Position numbers and translations under genes: made by a program. A stretch of 64,000 nucleotides of DNA from Candidatus Krumholzibacteriia bacterium (GTDB taxonomy: Bacteria; Krumholzibacteriota; Krumholzibacteriia; JAJRXK01), in the NCBI GenBank assembly GCA_041484665.1, contig JBGPIA010000014.1:1-64000 (forward strand). Direction: 5' to 3'. Within the stretch, counting starts at the first letter, position 1. Each line of letters opens with the position of its first letter. The notes below the pieces were generated by a model. That model saw only the letters and a list, made by a program, of their open reading frames with translations, made no database searches and was not told where the DNA came from. Shown here in pieces: positions 51,557 to 60,796 of this stretch.

Positions 51557-52759
51557 TCATCCCGCTGCTCGCTCGTGCAGCAGCGCGACGATCTCGGCGT
51601 GCTTCCCGTGCTTGGCCCAGCCCAGGGGCGTGGCGTTGAAGCCCGTCTCCAGGGCGGTGATGTCGGCGCCGTGCTCCAGCAGAGCACGCACGGTCTCGAG
51701 GTACCCCCCGCCCGCCGCCAGGTGAAGGGGAGTCGGCGCGCCGTCCTGCGCGCCCTGCCTCGGGGCGGCGCCGGCCTCGAGCAGGGCGCGCGCTCCCGCG
51801 TGGTGGCCGTGCGTGGCAGCCAGGTGCAGAGGCGCCATCATCGTCGGACGCTCGCCGGTGAGGTGTTGCGTTTGGGCGTTCGGGTTCGCGCCGTGACGCA
51901 AGAGGAGGCGTGACGGCTCGGCCAGTCCCGCGGAAGCGGCGAAGAACAAAAGCTGGGTGCGCAGGTCGCCCACTGAGGCGCCAGCCGGTGCGCCGGCCCG
52001 CAGCTGGGTCGCCATCGCTGCCGGATCACCCGCAAACAGCGCCATCGAGAGATCCTCGACCGCGCCGCGGGCTCGCAGCAGGCTCTCCGTCGCCGTGTCC
52101 TTGCTCGCCAGCGCGAGCGCCAGAGGCGTCAGGCCCCACGCCGTATACGTCGTGACATCCGCTGCCAGGTCGAGCAGCAGTCGGACCATCTCCGGCAGGC
52201 GCCGCGCGACGGCGAGGTGCAGCGGCTGCGCCCGCGAGTCCAGGAATCCGAGTCGCCGCGAGAGCACCAGAGGATCGGAAGTCGCCAACGTGCGCACGGC
52301 GTCGCGGTTGTCCATGACCATCGCCGTGAAAATATCGAGCCGTGCGCCGGCTTCGTGCAGGTAGGCCGCCGTCGCGGCCCTGTCCTCGTGGAACTGCGGA
52401 GCCCATCTGACGACCGTCGCCCAACCCAGCGGAGAGAGGCGGTGCCAGCCATCGAGCGTCTCGAGGTCGGCGCCGCGCTCGACGAGCATCCTGGCGATCG
52501 CGGTGTGACCGCCCTCCGCTGCCCAGCGCAGCGGCGTACTGTCGCTCGCCGTCTCACGCGCGTGGATGTCGGCGCCTGCCGCCAGCAGTGCCGCGACGAT
52601 CTCCTGCAGACCGCGATGGGCAGCGAAGTACAGCGGCGTGCTGCCGAGGTAGGTGTCGCGGGCGGCCGCCAAGGCGGGTTGCGCGGCCAGAGCGCGTAGC
52701 ACTGGTTCGGTTTGCCTGCCGTTGATCTTCTCAAAGCGCTCGCCAGGGGACATGGGCAT
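51557..52759 (-). CDS. Ankyrin-repeat protein
   Basis: Multiple TPLH.AA..G...V..LL..GAD repeats. Confidence 0.88.
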   Translation of the reverse strand: MPMSPGERFEKINGRQTEPVLRALAAQPALAAARDTYLGSTPLYFAAHRGLQEIVAALLAAGADIHARETASDSTPLRWAAEGGHTAIARMLVERGADLETLDGWHRLSPLGWATVVRWAPQFHEDRAATAAYLHEAGARLDIFTAMVMDNRDAVRTLATSDPLVLSRRLGFLDSRAQPLHLAVARRLPEMVRLLLDLAADVTTYTAWGLTPLALALASKDTATESLLRARGAVEDLSMALFAGDPAAMATQLRAGAPAGASVGDLRTQLLFFAASAGLAEPSRLLLRHGANPNAQTQHLTGERPTMMAPLHLAATHGHHAGARALLEAGAAPRQGAQDGAPTPLHLAAGGGYLETVRALLEHGADITALETGFNATPLGWAKHGKHAEIVALLHERAAG

Positions 52760-52991
52760 GCGCGGTAGCCTGCTCGTGGGGGTTGAGTGTTCCGGGCGGA
52801 CCTCGGCCGGGCCCCTTGCAGTGGGTCAGCCATGATATATCGCGAAGACCAATCTGGGCGACGTGGACGCGCTGCGACCCGCTCGGACCTGCGCGGGCCC
52901 CTGGGGGTGACCCCAGTCGGTGCTGGGCGCCCGCGCCATGACAGAGCCGCTGCTTCGCCGCTCGCATCGCGCTCCAAAGCCGTCCCGGCGA

Positions 52992-53795
52992 TCAGCTCCC
53001 GAACGTAAAGTCGACCCGAAGCCGCGCATCAGCCGGTACGGTCACTTGCCGCTCGATCGTTCCCAGGATTTCGTGCCATGCCACGAGCGTGTAGACCCCT
53101 GGAGGGACCTCCTGGATGATGTACGCGCCGTCCGTCCCGGTCACGGCCGCGTACGCATTTTCGTGGACGACGATCCACGCGCCCTCCCACGTATGACCGG
53201 CGTCACACCTGACCTGGATGATGCCAGGCATGCGGAGCGTGATGGGCTGCCGCATCCCCTGGGTGGGGAGCGCGCGATTGAAGACGGTCGAGCCATTCAT
53301 CGTGCCGTGGGGGCTGTGCAGCAGTGGATCCAGGTTTCGCAGCTCAAGGGTCACACCCACTGGCAGCACCTGGACGTGGGGCGCAAACTCGCACACCGAG
53401 AGATCCAGCGTGCCCTGCGCTCCGGCTTTCTCGGGGCGGTTCTCGCCGCTTTGAACGCCCACCAGCCTGATCACGACATTGGCTACGGTCCCGTCCTCAC
53501 GCAAAAGCAGCGCCTGGCTGGGGCGCCCACCACTCCCACAAACTGCCTGGTCCTTTGTGATCGCGCGCGCGGCCAGGTGCGGCGCTGTTCCGATCAGACT
53601 CACCGTACCCACGACCGTTGCTCCCACCCCTGGCACGTACAGATCGTGGGTGCCGCTGCACGCGCAGAGCGCGAAGACCATCAACAGGCCTGTGCCAGGC
53701 AGCAGTCGTGCCGCGAGCGGACCTCGGCGCCTCCCGGGCTGTCGAGCGGCGCTCCTGGCGGCTGGCCTGGCAGTGCTGCGTTGCTCCGACGCCAT
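52992..53795 (-). CDS. Cupredoxin-like / carboxypeptidase-regulatory-like lipoprotein
   Basis: Lipobox-like LCAC, FAPHVQ, LDPLLHSPH, RCDAGHTWE, VPPGVYTLVAWHE. Confidence 0.75.
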   Translation of the reverse strand: MASEQRSTARPAARSAARQPGRRRGPLAARLLPGTGLLMVFALCACSGTHDLYVPGVGATVVGTVSLIGTAPHLAARAITKDQAVCGSGGRPSQALLLREDGTVANVVIRLVGVQSGENRPEKAGAQGTLDLSVCEFAPHVQVLPVGVTLELRNLDPLLHSPHGTMNGSTVFNRALPTQGMRQPITLRMPGIIQVRCDAGHTWEGAWIVVHENAYAAVTGTDGAYIIQEVPPGVYTLVAWHEILGTIERQVTVPADARLRVDFTFGS

Positions 53796-53802
53796 TCCCC
53801 CC

Positions 53803-54402
53803 CTACGCGCCCGCTTCGAGCTGCCAGAAGTCCGGGTAGAGCGTGACGAGCCCTGCCTCGTTCACCTGCAGTTCCCGGGCGAACCGGCCACCCGCGCTCT
53901 CGTAACGATACGTCGCCGCACCGGTGCGCCGGTAGAGCTGCTCGAGGGGTTGCAGCGTGAGACCCGGGAACGTGAGCCAGGCGGCCCGCAGGCTTGCCTC
54001 GTGCCCTACGGCCAGTCCCAGCCTGCGGATCGGTAGCAGGTTGGTCGACGGGCTGAACCCGAGGTCGACATCGATGCAACCCGTCACGTCGGGGCAATCG
54101 CGCCCGTTCAGCCGCCAGCGGCGCGCGGTGTCTACGGACAGCTCGATCTCGTGCGCCGCGCTCCCGATCGACCCGGCGACCCTGCCCGACAGCGTCTGCC
54201 ATTGCGCGTCGCATACCACCAGATAGTCGAGCCGGCACGGCTGCTGTCCGTGCACGAGCACCGCCGTCCCGCTCAGGGTCCAGCGTGCGTCTGCGAACAC
54301 CAGCCGGGCGAACTCGTGGCCAGGCATGTCGAGCCGGCGCCAGAGCACACAGTGGTCGGGCGGGCGCGCTGCGTCTGAGGGCATCGGAACTCGTGCGCCC
54401 AT
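53803..54402 (-). CDS. Putative glycolipid-binding domain protein
   Basis: WRRLD.PGHE, CD..WQT, CIDVDLGFSPSTNLLPIRRL, Q.Y.R, YPDFW. Confidence 0.85.
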   Translation of the reverse strand: MGARVPMPSDAARPPDHCVLWRRLDMPGHEFARLVFADARWTLSGTAVLVHGQQPCRLDYLVVCDAQWQTLSGRVAGSIGSAAHEIELSVDTARRWRLNGRDCPDVTGCIDVDLGFSPSTNLLPIRRLGLAVGHEASLRAAWLTFPGLTLQPLEQLYRRTGAATYRYESAGGRFARELQVNEAGLVTLYPDFWQLEAGA

Positions 54403-54449
54403 GACTTCGTCTCCTCCTCGGCCCGCTTTGCGACGTAGCCCGCGCGATC

Positions 54450-54644
54450 TCAGACCCGGGAGTCCTGCGGGCTGCGGAGGGTACGGATCAGACCCACGAG
54501 TCCGCAACCGAACGCGGCGGCGCCGAAGAACACGAGTACCAAATCCACCGTGCGCAGGTGCGCCGCGGCCCGTTGAGCCGCCAGCAGGCCGACGAGCATC
54601 GGACCGACGAAGACTGCAACACGGCGACGGGGGTGGGTATCCAT
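54450..54644 (-). CDS. Small two-TM hypothetical protein
   Basis: AAGGAG RBS, two hydrophobic segments (MDTHPRRRVAVF...RTVDLVLVFFGAAAFG). Confidence 0.55.
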   Translation of the reverse strand: MDTHPRRRVAVFVGPMLVGLLAAQRAAAHLRTVDLVLVFFGAAAFGCGLVGLIRTLRSPQDSRV

Positions 54645-54909
54645 GGATGGCTCCTTGTGGGCCGGGACGATCCGCGGCGGGCCGGGCCGGGCTGGCCAGC
54701 GCGACGCGGGGCCAAAGTATACTTCAGCTACGGCCGGTGCGTTCCACCCGCAGCAAGTCTGCGGGCGGTCCACTCGAGGTATTTCGTGAACGCCTCCGAT
54801 CGTCGTGCGTGGACGCCGCAACAAGCACAGTCACCCGCAGCTCGAGCCCTCGCATCTGCGGCCCCCCCTCGCTCGTGGTGACCCAAGTTCTCGCAGTGAG
54901 TCGAAGCGC

Positions 54910-55350
54910 TCACTCTGACCCTCGCAGTTGCGCCAGGATCTCGATCCCGTTCCACTCGCCCCAGCGCTCCTTGATCTTGCCGCCCTCGAACTGGACAATC
55001 TCGATTCCCTCGAAGCGAATGGTGCGATGGGTGGGCGCGATTCCCAGGAATGCGCCACCATGGGTCCCGGTGGCGGACCAACGGACGGCGACGCGTCCGC
55101 GGCGGGCGTCGATGAGCTGGTCTTTCACCGTGGCACGGAAGTCTGGGAAGGACTGGTACAACCCGCGGACTCCGCGCTTGAAGCCTTGCAAGTCGGGATC
55201 CCGTCCGGCCGGGCTGTGGTCGACGAACCCGGGAGTGTGGAGAGCATCGAATGCCGTAAGGTCCGCGCGCTGCCAGGCCACCTCGATCCATCGGCGCGTC
55301 GCCACCTCCAGCGCGGTCTCCTGTTCAACTGGATCGGTCGAGCCAGGCAT
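54910..55350 (-). CDS. SnoaL-like ester cyclase family protein
   Basis: FVDH, SFPDF, VAVRW.ATGTH.G.FLGIAPT, GKIKERW. Confidence 0.88.
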   Translation of the reverse strand: MPGSTDPVEQETALEVATRRWIEVAWQRADLTAFDALHTPGFVDHSPAGRDPDLQGFKRGVRGLYQSFPDFRATVKDQLIDARRGRVAVRWSATGTHGGAFLGIAPTHRTIRFEGIEIVQFEGGKIKERWGEWNGIEILAQLRGSE

Positions 55351-55475
55351 TGGAACACCTCCCCTTACTGGACGCCAGCGCACACGCGATCGGGCGCGCC
55401 TCGCAGAGACCGCAGCGCGCGTCTCCGCGGACAGCATCGCGCGGGTCTGCCCAGAAACCGCCGCGCGCGCTCCGC

Positions 55476-55616
55476 TCAAGGATGGACCACCTCGGGCATC
55501 GTTGCGACCTGTATCAGCCGCCAGCGGTCGTCCACCCGCTCGAGCAACGCCGCCTCGAGCAACGCCAGCGCGATCTCCTGTTGGGTCGTGGTCGAGTCCC
55601 TGGCGAGATGCCGCAT
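55476..55616 (-). pseudogene. Possible gene fragment (NTF2-like C-terminus)
   Basis: 46-aa ORF ending EAALLERVDDRWRLIQVATMPEVVHP. Confidence 0.3.
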
Positions 55617-55641
55617 GCGCGGCGCGGGAGTGCGGTGCGAG

Positions 55642-56019
55642 TCAGCGCAGGCGCCCCCGCAGTGTCAGCAGCAACACGATCTGAAGGATACTGCAGAGGG
55701 TACCGAACGGGAGAAACCACAGCGCGCCGGCCGCCGCCACCAGCATCGCGCCCCAGGCCCACGGCGCCCCGAGCCCAAACGCCACAGCGACCAGCAGCCA
55801 GCCCCAGCCATAGACCGCGAAAATCCCCATCATCAGCGTGCCGCGCGGATCCAGGCCAACTCGCCGGACCAGATGGCGCCACGGCCCCACTTGCCCCGCA
55901 TAGGGGCCCGACCTCGGAGTGATGAAGTCGCCCACGATGAGCGCACGGCTTCCGTCCAACGCCATCCAGCCTGCTTCGACCAGGGTGCACAGCAGGATGA
56001 GGATTCGCGCCCAGTGCAT
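55642..56019 (-). CDS. Hypothetical membrane protein
   Basis: About four hydrophobic segments; CAGGAG RBS. Confidence 0.7.
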   Translation of the reverse strand: MHWARILILLCTLVEAGWMALDGSRALIVGDFITPRSGPYAGQVGPWRHLVRRVGLDPRGTLMMGIFAVYGWGWLLVAVAFGLGAPWAWGAMLVAAAGALWFLPFGTLCSILQIVLLLTLRGRLR

Positions 56020-56170
56020 GGTGGCCCAGCTCCTGACTCTCAGCGGAGTGACGCCGTGCGGATCGCTTCCATCCCTTTAGTGGCCTGCGCTTCCACCGCC
56101 CACTGGAAGCCTCACCAGTTGTCTGCCCAGCCAACCCTGCGCGCCACGCCTGCAGCGGGCCCGACCCGCT

Positions 56171-56571
56171 CTACGCCCCCATCAGCGCGTATCGGTTGCC
56201 GTACGGATCCTCGAAGATCGCCTCGTTGCCCCACGGCTGTTTGACGGGCGGTCTCACGAACTTCACGCCCTTGGCGCTCGGCTCCTTGTAGGTCTCCTGG
56301 AGATGGTCCGCGTGGAAGACCCAAGTGGTTCCCTTGCCCACGTACTGGGCCGTCTCGCGCGCGCGCGCGCCTCACCATGCAATGCCGGCTCGGGCTTCTG
56401 CAGCACGATCCCCATGTTGCTCTATCCGCGCGGTGCCACGACCAGCCACCGAGCTCCGCCGCCGAACGCTGCATCTTGCCGCTTCTCCAGCCCCAGCGTC
56501 TCGGTGAACCAGCGGAGAGCCTCCTTGTGGTCCGGGACCGGGATCGTGACCAGGGTAAGTCTCGTGATCAT
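56171..56571 (-). pseudogene. VOC-family gene with a nonsense codon and a frameshift
   Basis: MITRLTLVTIPV.D...WFTETLG...PRG* (TAG 56422-56424); frameshift in a (GC)n run at about 56355-56370; resumes VGKGTTWVF...QPWG..AIFEDPYGN. Confidence 0.85.
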
Positions 56572-56865
56572 GGCGTCCTCCTGCGGCGCGCGGGGGACAC
56601 GCCGAGCAGCAAGAATGCGCTGGCACTCGCGCGCCCGTCAATCCACGCGCCCGGGACCGGCGGCCCGCCGGCGCGCGCTCGCCAACGGCCCGACTGCGTG
56701 CGCGCGTCACGCCCCATCCGTGCGCGCGTCACGCCCGGAACGATTCCGGCGCGCTTGCAATCGCCGCAGCCGCCGCCGACAATCGAACCAACCCGCGCGC
56801 GCGCCCGCGCGCGTCCGCCGGCCTGCAGCGCCGGCGCGAGCCCCCTCGCTGCGCAAGGCGACGAC

Positions 56866-58920
56866 GTGACCCACTCGGCCGCCCCGCCCCCTGCCCAGTC
56901 GCCCAATCCGGCGTCCGGGAAGCCCCTGTCTCGGGCATCCTCTGAACCGTCGTCCATGGCGTCCGCCCATCCGTCGTCGCTGCATTCGTCCCCGCCCTCG
57001 ACTCAGCCCTCGGGGTACCCCACCAAGCCACCGGAGAAGCAACCGCTCACGCCAGAGAGGCTGCGCGCGCTCCTACCGGAGGTGTGGGTGCTGGTCAAGC
57101 CGCGCCGGGGGATCCTCGGGCTAGGGATGCTCATTATGGTGGTCAACCGCATCAGCGGCCTGGTGCTGCCCGCCTCCACGAAGTTCCTCATCGACGACGT
57201 CATCGGAAAGCACGACGCGCACCTGCTGGGCCCGCTGGTGCTCGCGGTGATGGCTGCCAGCTCGGTGCAGGCCGTGACCTCGTTTGCGCTGGTTCAGCTC
57301 TTGAGCAAGGCCGCCCAGCGCCTCATCGCCGAGCTGCGCTGCAAGGTCCAGGAGCACATCGGGCGCCTGCCCATCGCCTTCTACGACGCCAACAAGACCG
57401 GTGCGCTGGTCTCGCGCATCATGTCCGATGTGGAGGGGATCCGGAACCTCATCGGCACCGGACTGGTGGAGTTCGCCGGCGGGCTGCTCACGGCGGCACT
57501 GTCGCTGGTGATGCTCCTGCGCATCAACTCGCGCTTGACGCTCCTGGCCTTGGTTGTGCTGCTCGTGTTCAGCTTCGGCCTGCGGAAGGCCTTCGCCATC
57601 ATGCGCCCCATCTTCAAGGAGCGCGGCAAGATCAACGCGGAAATCACCGGACGCCTGAACGAGTCCCTGTCGGCCGTCCGCGTCGTGAAGGGTTACCACG
57701 CCGAGCAGCGCGAGGCGGCGGTCTTCGCCGGCGGCGTGCAGCGGCTGCTCGATAATGTGCTCCGCACGCTCACGGCCACCGGCGTGATGGGTCTCACCTC
57801 CACCCTGCTCGTGGGCAGCGTGAGCGCCGCAGTGATGTTCGTCGGCGCGCGCCAAGTCCTGGTGGGGACGCTGACGCTGGGCGAGTTCATCACGTACACG
57901 GCGTTCCTGGGCTTCCTCATCGCACCGCTGTTCAACGTCGTTGGAATCGGGACGCAGATCGCCGAGGCGCTGGCTGGCCTGGAGCGCACCCGTGAGATCC
58001 TGCGCGAGAAACCCGAGGACCTGGACCCACGCCGCAGCATTGCGCTGGAGACCATCCGCGGCGAGGTGCGCTTCGAGGGCGTCAGCTTCGCGTACGACTC
58101 CAGCAAGACTGTGCTGCACGATCTGTCGTTTGAGGCGCGGCCTGGAACGGTGACGGCGCTGGTGGGGCCGTCCGGCTCGGGGAAGTCGACCATCATCGGC
58201 CTGATCGCCGCGTTCTACACCCCGACCGCCGGTTGCGTGCTCATCGACGGCACCGACCTCTCCGCCGTGCGCCTTCGCGACTACCGCTCGCAGCTGGGCG
58301 TGGTGCTGCAGGATACCTTCCTCTTCGACGGCACGATCCGTCAGAACGTCGCCTTTTCGCGACCGGCAGCCACCGAGGACCAGATCCTGGCTGCTTGCCG
58401 CATCGCCCGCGTCGACGAGTTCGCGGGTGGTTTCAAGGATGGCTACGACACGATCGTCGGCGAGCGCGGAGTAAAACTCTCCGGTGGCCAGAAGCAGCGC
58501 GTCTCCATCGCCCGCGCACTGCTCGCCGATCCGCGGGTGCTGATCCTGGACGAGGCCACCAGCAGCCTCGACTCGGAGTCGGAGGCACAGATCCAGGAGG
58601 GCCTGGCCGAGCTCATGAAGGGCCGAACCACCTTCGTCATCGCGCACCGGCTGTCCACGATCCGCAAGGCCGACCAGATCTTCGTGGTGGAGGATGGACG
58701 CATCGTCGAGCGCGGCACCCACGCGTCGCTGTACGCCAAGGGCGGCCGCTACTACGAGCTCTACACCAAGCAGCATGGACTGGAGTCCAACCTATTCCTC
58801 GCGCCGGGCGAGGGTGGGGATCGCGCCGAGCAGGACACCCGCACCGGCGGCGACGGCGAGCCGCGTCGTGCCGGCGGCGAGCCCAGCGCGCTGGACCTGT
58901 TGCGCCGGCCGCCGGGCTGA
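56866..58920 (+). CDS. ABC exporter, fused TMD + NBD (MsbA-like); start uncertain
   Basis: TM domain, GPSGSGKST, VLQD, LSGGQKQR, ILDEATSSLD, IAHRLST. Confidence 0.93.
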   Translation: MTHSAAPPPAQSPNPASGKPLSRASSEPSSMASAHPSSLHSSPPSTQPSGYPTKPPEKQPLTPERLRALLPEVWVLVKPRRGILGLGMLIMVVNRISGLVLPASTKFLIDDVIGKHDAHLLGPLVLAVMAASSVQAVTSFALVQLLSKAAQRLIAELRCKVQEHIGRLPIAFYDANKTGALVSRIMSDVEGIRNLIGTGLVEFAGGLLTAALSLVMLLRINSRLTLLALVVLLVFSFGLRKAFAIMRPIFKERGKINAEITGRLNESLSAVRVVKGYHAEQREAAVFAGGVQRLLDNVLRTLTATGVMGLTSTLLVGSVSAAVMFVGARQVLVGTLTLGEFITYTAFLGFLIAPLFNVVGIGTQIAEALAGLERTREILREKPEDLDPRRSIALETIRGEVRFEGVSFAYDSSKTVLHDLSFEARPGTVTALVGPSGSGKSTIIGLIAAFYTPTAGCVLIDGTDLSAVRLRDYRSQLGVVLQDTFLFDGTIRQNVAFSRPAATEDQILAACRIARVDEFAGGFKDGYDTIVGERGVKLSGGQKQRVSIARALLADPRVLILDEATSSLDSESEAQIQEGLAELMKGRTTFVIAHRLSTIRKADQIFVVEDGRIVERGTHASLYAKGGRYYELYTKQHGLESNLFLAPGEGGDRAEQDTRTGGDGEPRRAGGEPSALDLLRRPPG

Positions 58921-58929
58921 GACAGGCAG

Positions 58930-59237
58930 CCGACGGGGCCGCCGACGGGGTTGTCGCCGGGGCGACCGCCGGGGTCGGCGCTTGGGTTGCCGCCGGGGCT
59001 GCCGCCTCGGCCCGGTAAAATCGACCTCGGCCGACTCCCCCAGAAATGGAAAGCTCCTCCCGCCCCGCAGGATTGCGCGCGAACTCGTCGCGGCTGGCGA
59101 GCGCCCCGCAGACTCTTGCCATCACGCAGCGCGATCGTATCGGCGAGCGCAGTGTGCGTCGTTACCGCGACACCGAGCGCAGCGGCGATCATCGTCGTCT
59201 TCAAGCCCATGTTGAGCATGCTCGTGCAGATGTTCAT
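58930..59237 (-). pseudogene. Degenerate secreted-protein gene remnant
   Basis: GGGAGGAG RBS, signal peptide ..TALA-DTIALRDGKSLRG, continuing in another frame as LASRDEFARNPAGREELSI, then an Ala/Pro tail running into the ABC gene. Confidence 0.45.
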
Positions 59238-59415
59238 GCTCCTCCCGCGGCAGTGAGGTTCGCGCATCCAGAGCGTTTCCCCGATGGCCGGCCGAGTGCG
59301 TCGCAGTCGAATCTGGTCTCATGGCAGAAGGGGAACAGGTTTTCGCATGTGGCGCTGCCCGGCCACGAGGCGCCGATCCGTCTCCGTTGCGCCCCTGTCT
59401 GTGGCCGCGCTGCCC

Positions 59416-59490
59416 GGGTCAGTTGTCGCGCCGGCGGGGTCCGTCATTACGCTGGCGGGGTCGGTCGCCGCGCCAGCGGGGTCCGTCGCA
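59416..59490. repeat. 21-bp tandem repeat (GGGTC.GT....CGC.GGCG), about 3.5 copies
   Basis: GGGTC restarts every 21 bp. Confidence 0.65.
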
Positions 59491-59639
59491 TCAACGCCCC
59501 CTTTTGTGGCTGCCGCGTGTCCTCCACGGGGGACATCCGTGGACGGGGCTGTTGCACGGAGTTGACAATTGCCGGCGCCGGCTCGCGTAAGTCGTGGCGC
59601 GGCTGAAGATTCTGGCCGAGGCCGTCTTTGGGGCAGCCG

Positions 59640-59655
59640 TGGCACGCCCGCTGCG
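59640..59655 (+). promoter_or_regulatory. sigma54-type promoter
   Basis: TGGCACGCCCGCTGCG fits TGGCACG-N4-YTGC, about 55 bp upstream of ATG 59710. Confidence 0.55.
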
Positions 59656-59709
59656 ATGGGAACGCTCAGCAAGCCGTCGCAGCCTTCACCCCACAAGGAG
59701 GGTCGAGCC

Positions 59710-60375
59710 ATGAGAGCCAAGGGCATCCGCGCTACGAAGACCGCCCTCGCGCTGGCGCTCGGCGCCGCGCTACTGGCCGCCGCGCCGCCGCTCGTTCCCA
59801 CGGCCGCAGCGGACCGTGGCCGCTCGCGTCGGCACGATCGCGGCCACCAGCATGTCACGGTCGCCGCTCCGTACTCCCGTCCAAGCGTGGTCGCACCCGG
59901 CGCCTGGGCTGCCTTGGGCGCGCGGTACGCCCGGCCCGCCGTGATTGCGCGGTACGCCCGGCCCGCCGTGATTGCGCGGTACGGCCGGCCGGCCGTTGTC
60001 GCTCGCTGCGCCCGACCCGTATTCGCGCCGTGTCCCGTGGCCGTCGTGCGGCCGCGCTTCGTCGTGGCTCCGCGCTCCGCGTTCCGCGTAGTCGTCGCAC
60101 CAGAGCGCTCCACATGCCGCGGGTCGTACGCCGACGTTGACTTCGTCGAGGTCGATGGCAGCCGCTACTACTACAACGCAAGCTTCGGCTTCTACCTGGG
60201 AGGCCTCGCGCTGAACGTCCAGGTGAACAGCCGGCCCCCCGACGGCTACGCCTACTATGATCCCTACTGCGGGCGGGAGTTCTCGTCGCTGGACGATTAT
60301 CGCCACCACCTCCACGCCCACAGTCACCCGCAGGCCCTGACGCTGGTGCGGGCGGACTACGCGGACAACGACTGA
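59710..60375 (+). CDS. Secreted hypothetical protein with ARYARPAVI repeats and a C-terminal Cys/His motif
   Basis: AAGGAGG RBS, signal peptide, 27-bp tandem repeats, YYDPYCG..F.....Y..H...H. Confidence 0.7.
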   Translation: MRAKGIRATKTALALALGAALLAAAPPLVPTAAADRGRSRRHDRGHQHVTVAAPYSRPSVVAPGAWAALGARYARPAVIARYARPAVIARYGRPAVVARCARPVFAPCPVAVVRPRFVVAPRSAFRVVVAPERSTCRGSYADVDFVEVDGSRYYYNASFGFYLGGLALNVQVNSRPPDGYAYYDPYCGREFSSLDDYRHHLHAHSHPQALTLVRADYADND

Positions 60376-60384
60376 GGCGATGCG

Positions 60385-60540
60385 AGCCGATGATCGGGGC
60401 AGCTGATCGGGGTTCGTGATCGGGACCGGCGTTTCGGGTCGACGTTCCAGGCCGACGATCGGGGTCGACATCCCGGGCCGACGATCGGGGTCGACGATCG
60501 GAACTTGCGATCGAGCCCGGCGAATCCAATCGACGATGGA
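60385..60540. repeat. About 13-bp degenerate minisatellite (GATCGGGGTCGAC)
   Basis: Repeated GATCGG / GTCGAC cores downstream of the 59710 gene. Confidence 0.7.
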
Positions 60541-60796
60541 AACCGTAGGAGACCGCAGAGACCTGATGAGCTCGCGGAGTCGTTGTGGAGGAGCTGGGGT
60601 CGAAGACCTCAGGGGTGGAGGAACGGCGCGGCCACCAGGCTGCGCCGGGAGAGCGTGGTGGCAGCCAGGGCCCGGCCGTTGAAGGGACTCGCACCTGGGA
60701 TCTACACCAGGGTCGACACCCCGATGGAAGGACAACACGGCCGGGTCCTGGTTGGTTCGCGCCAGTTCTAGCGGGTTGGATCGGCCGAGCGTCCGC

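Noticed and set aside
56100..56170. Possible attC remnant (GTTGGCT on the minus strand)
   Set aside because: No matching RYYYAAC inverse core or convincing hairpin seen; not repeated at other gene boundaries.
59562..59595. TTGACA as a sigma70 -35 element
   Set aside because: No acceptable -10 hexamer at 16-18 bp spacing.
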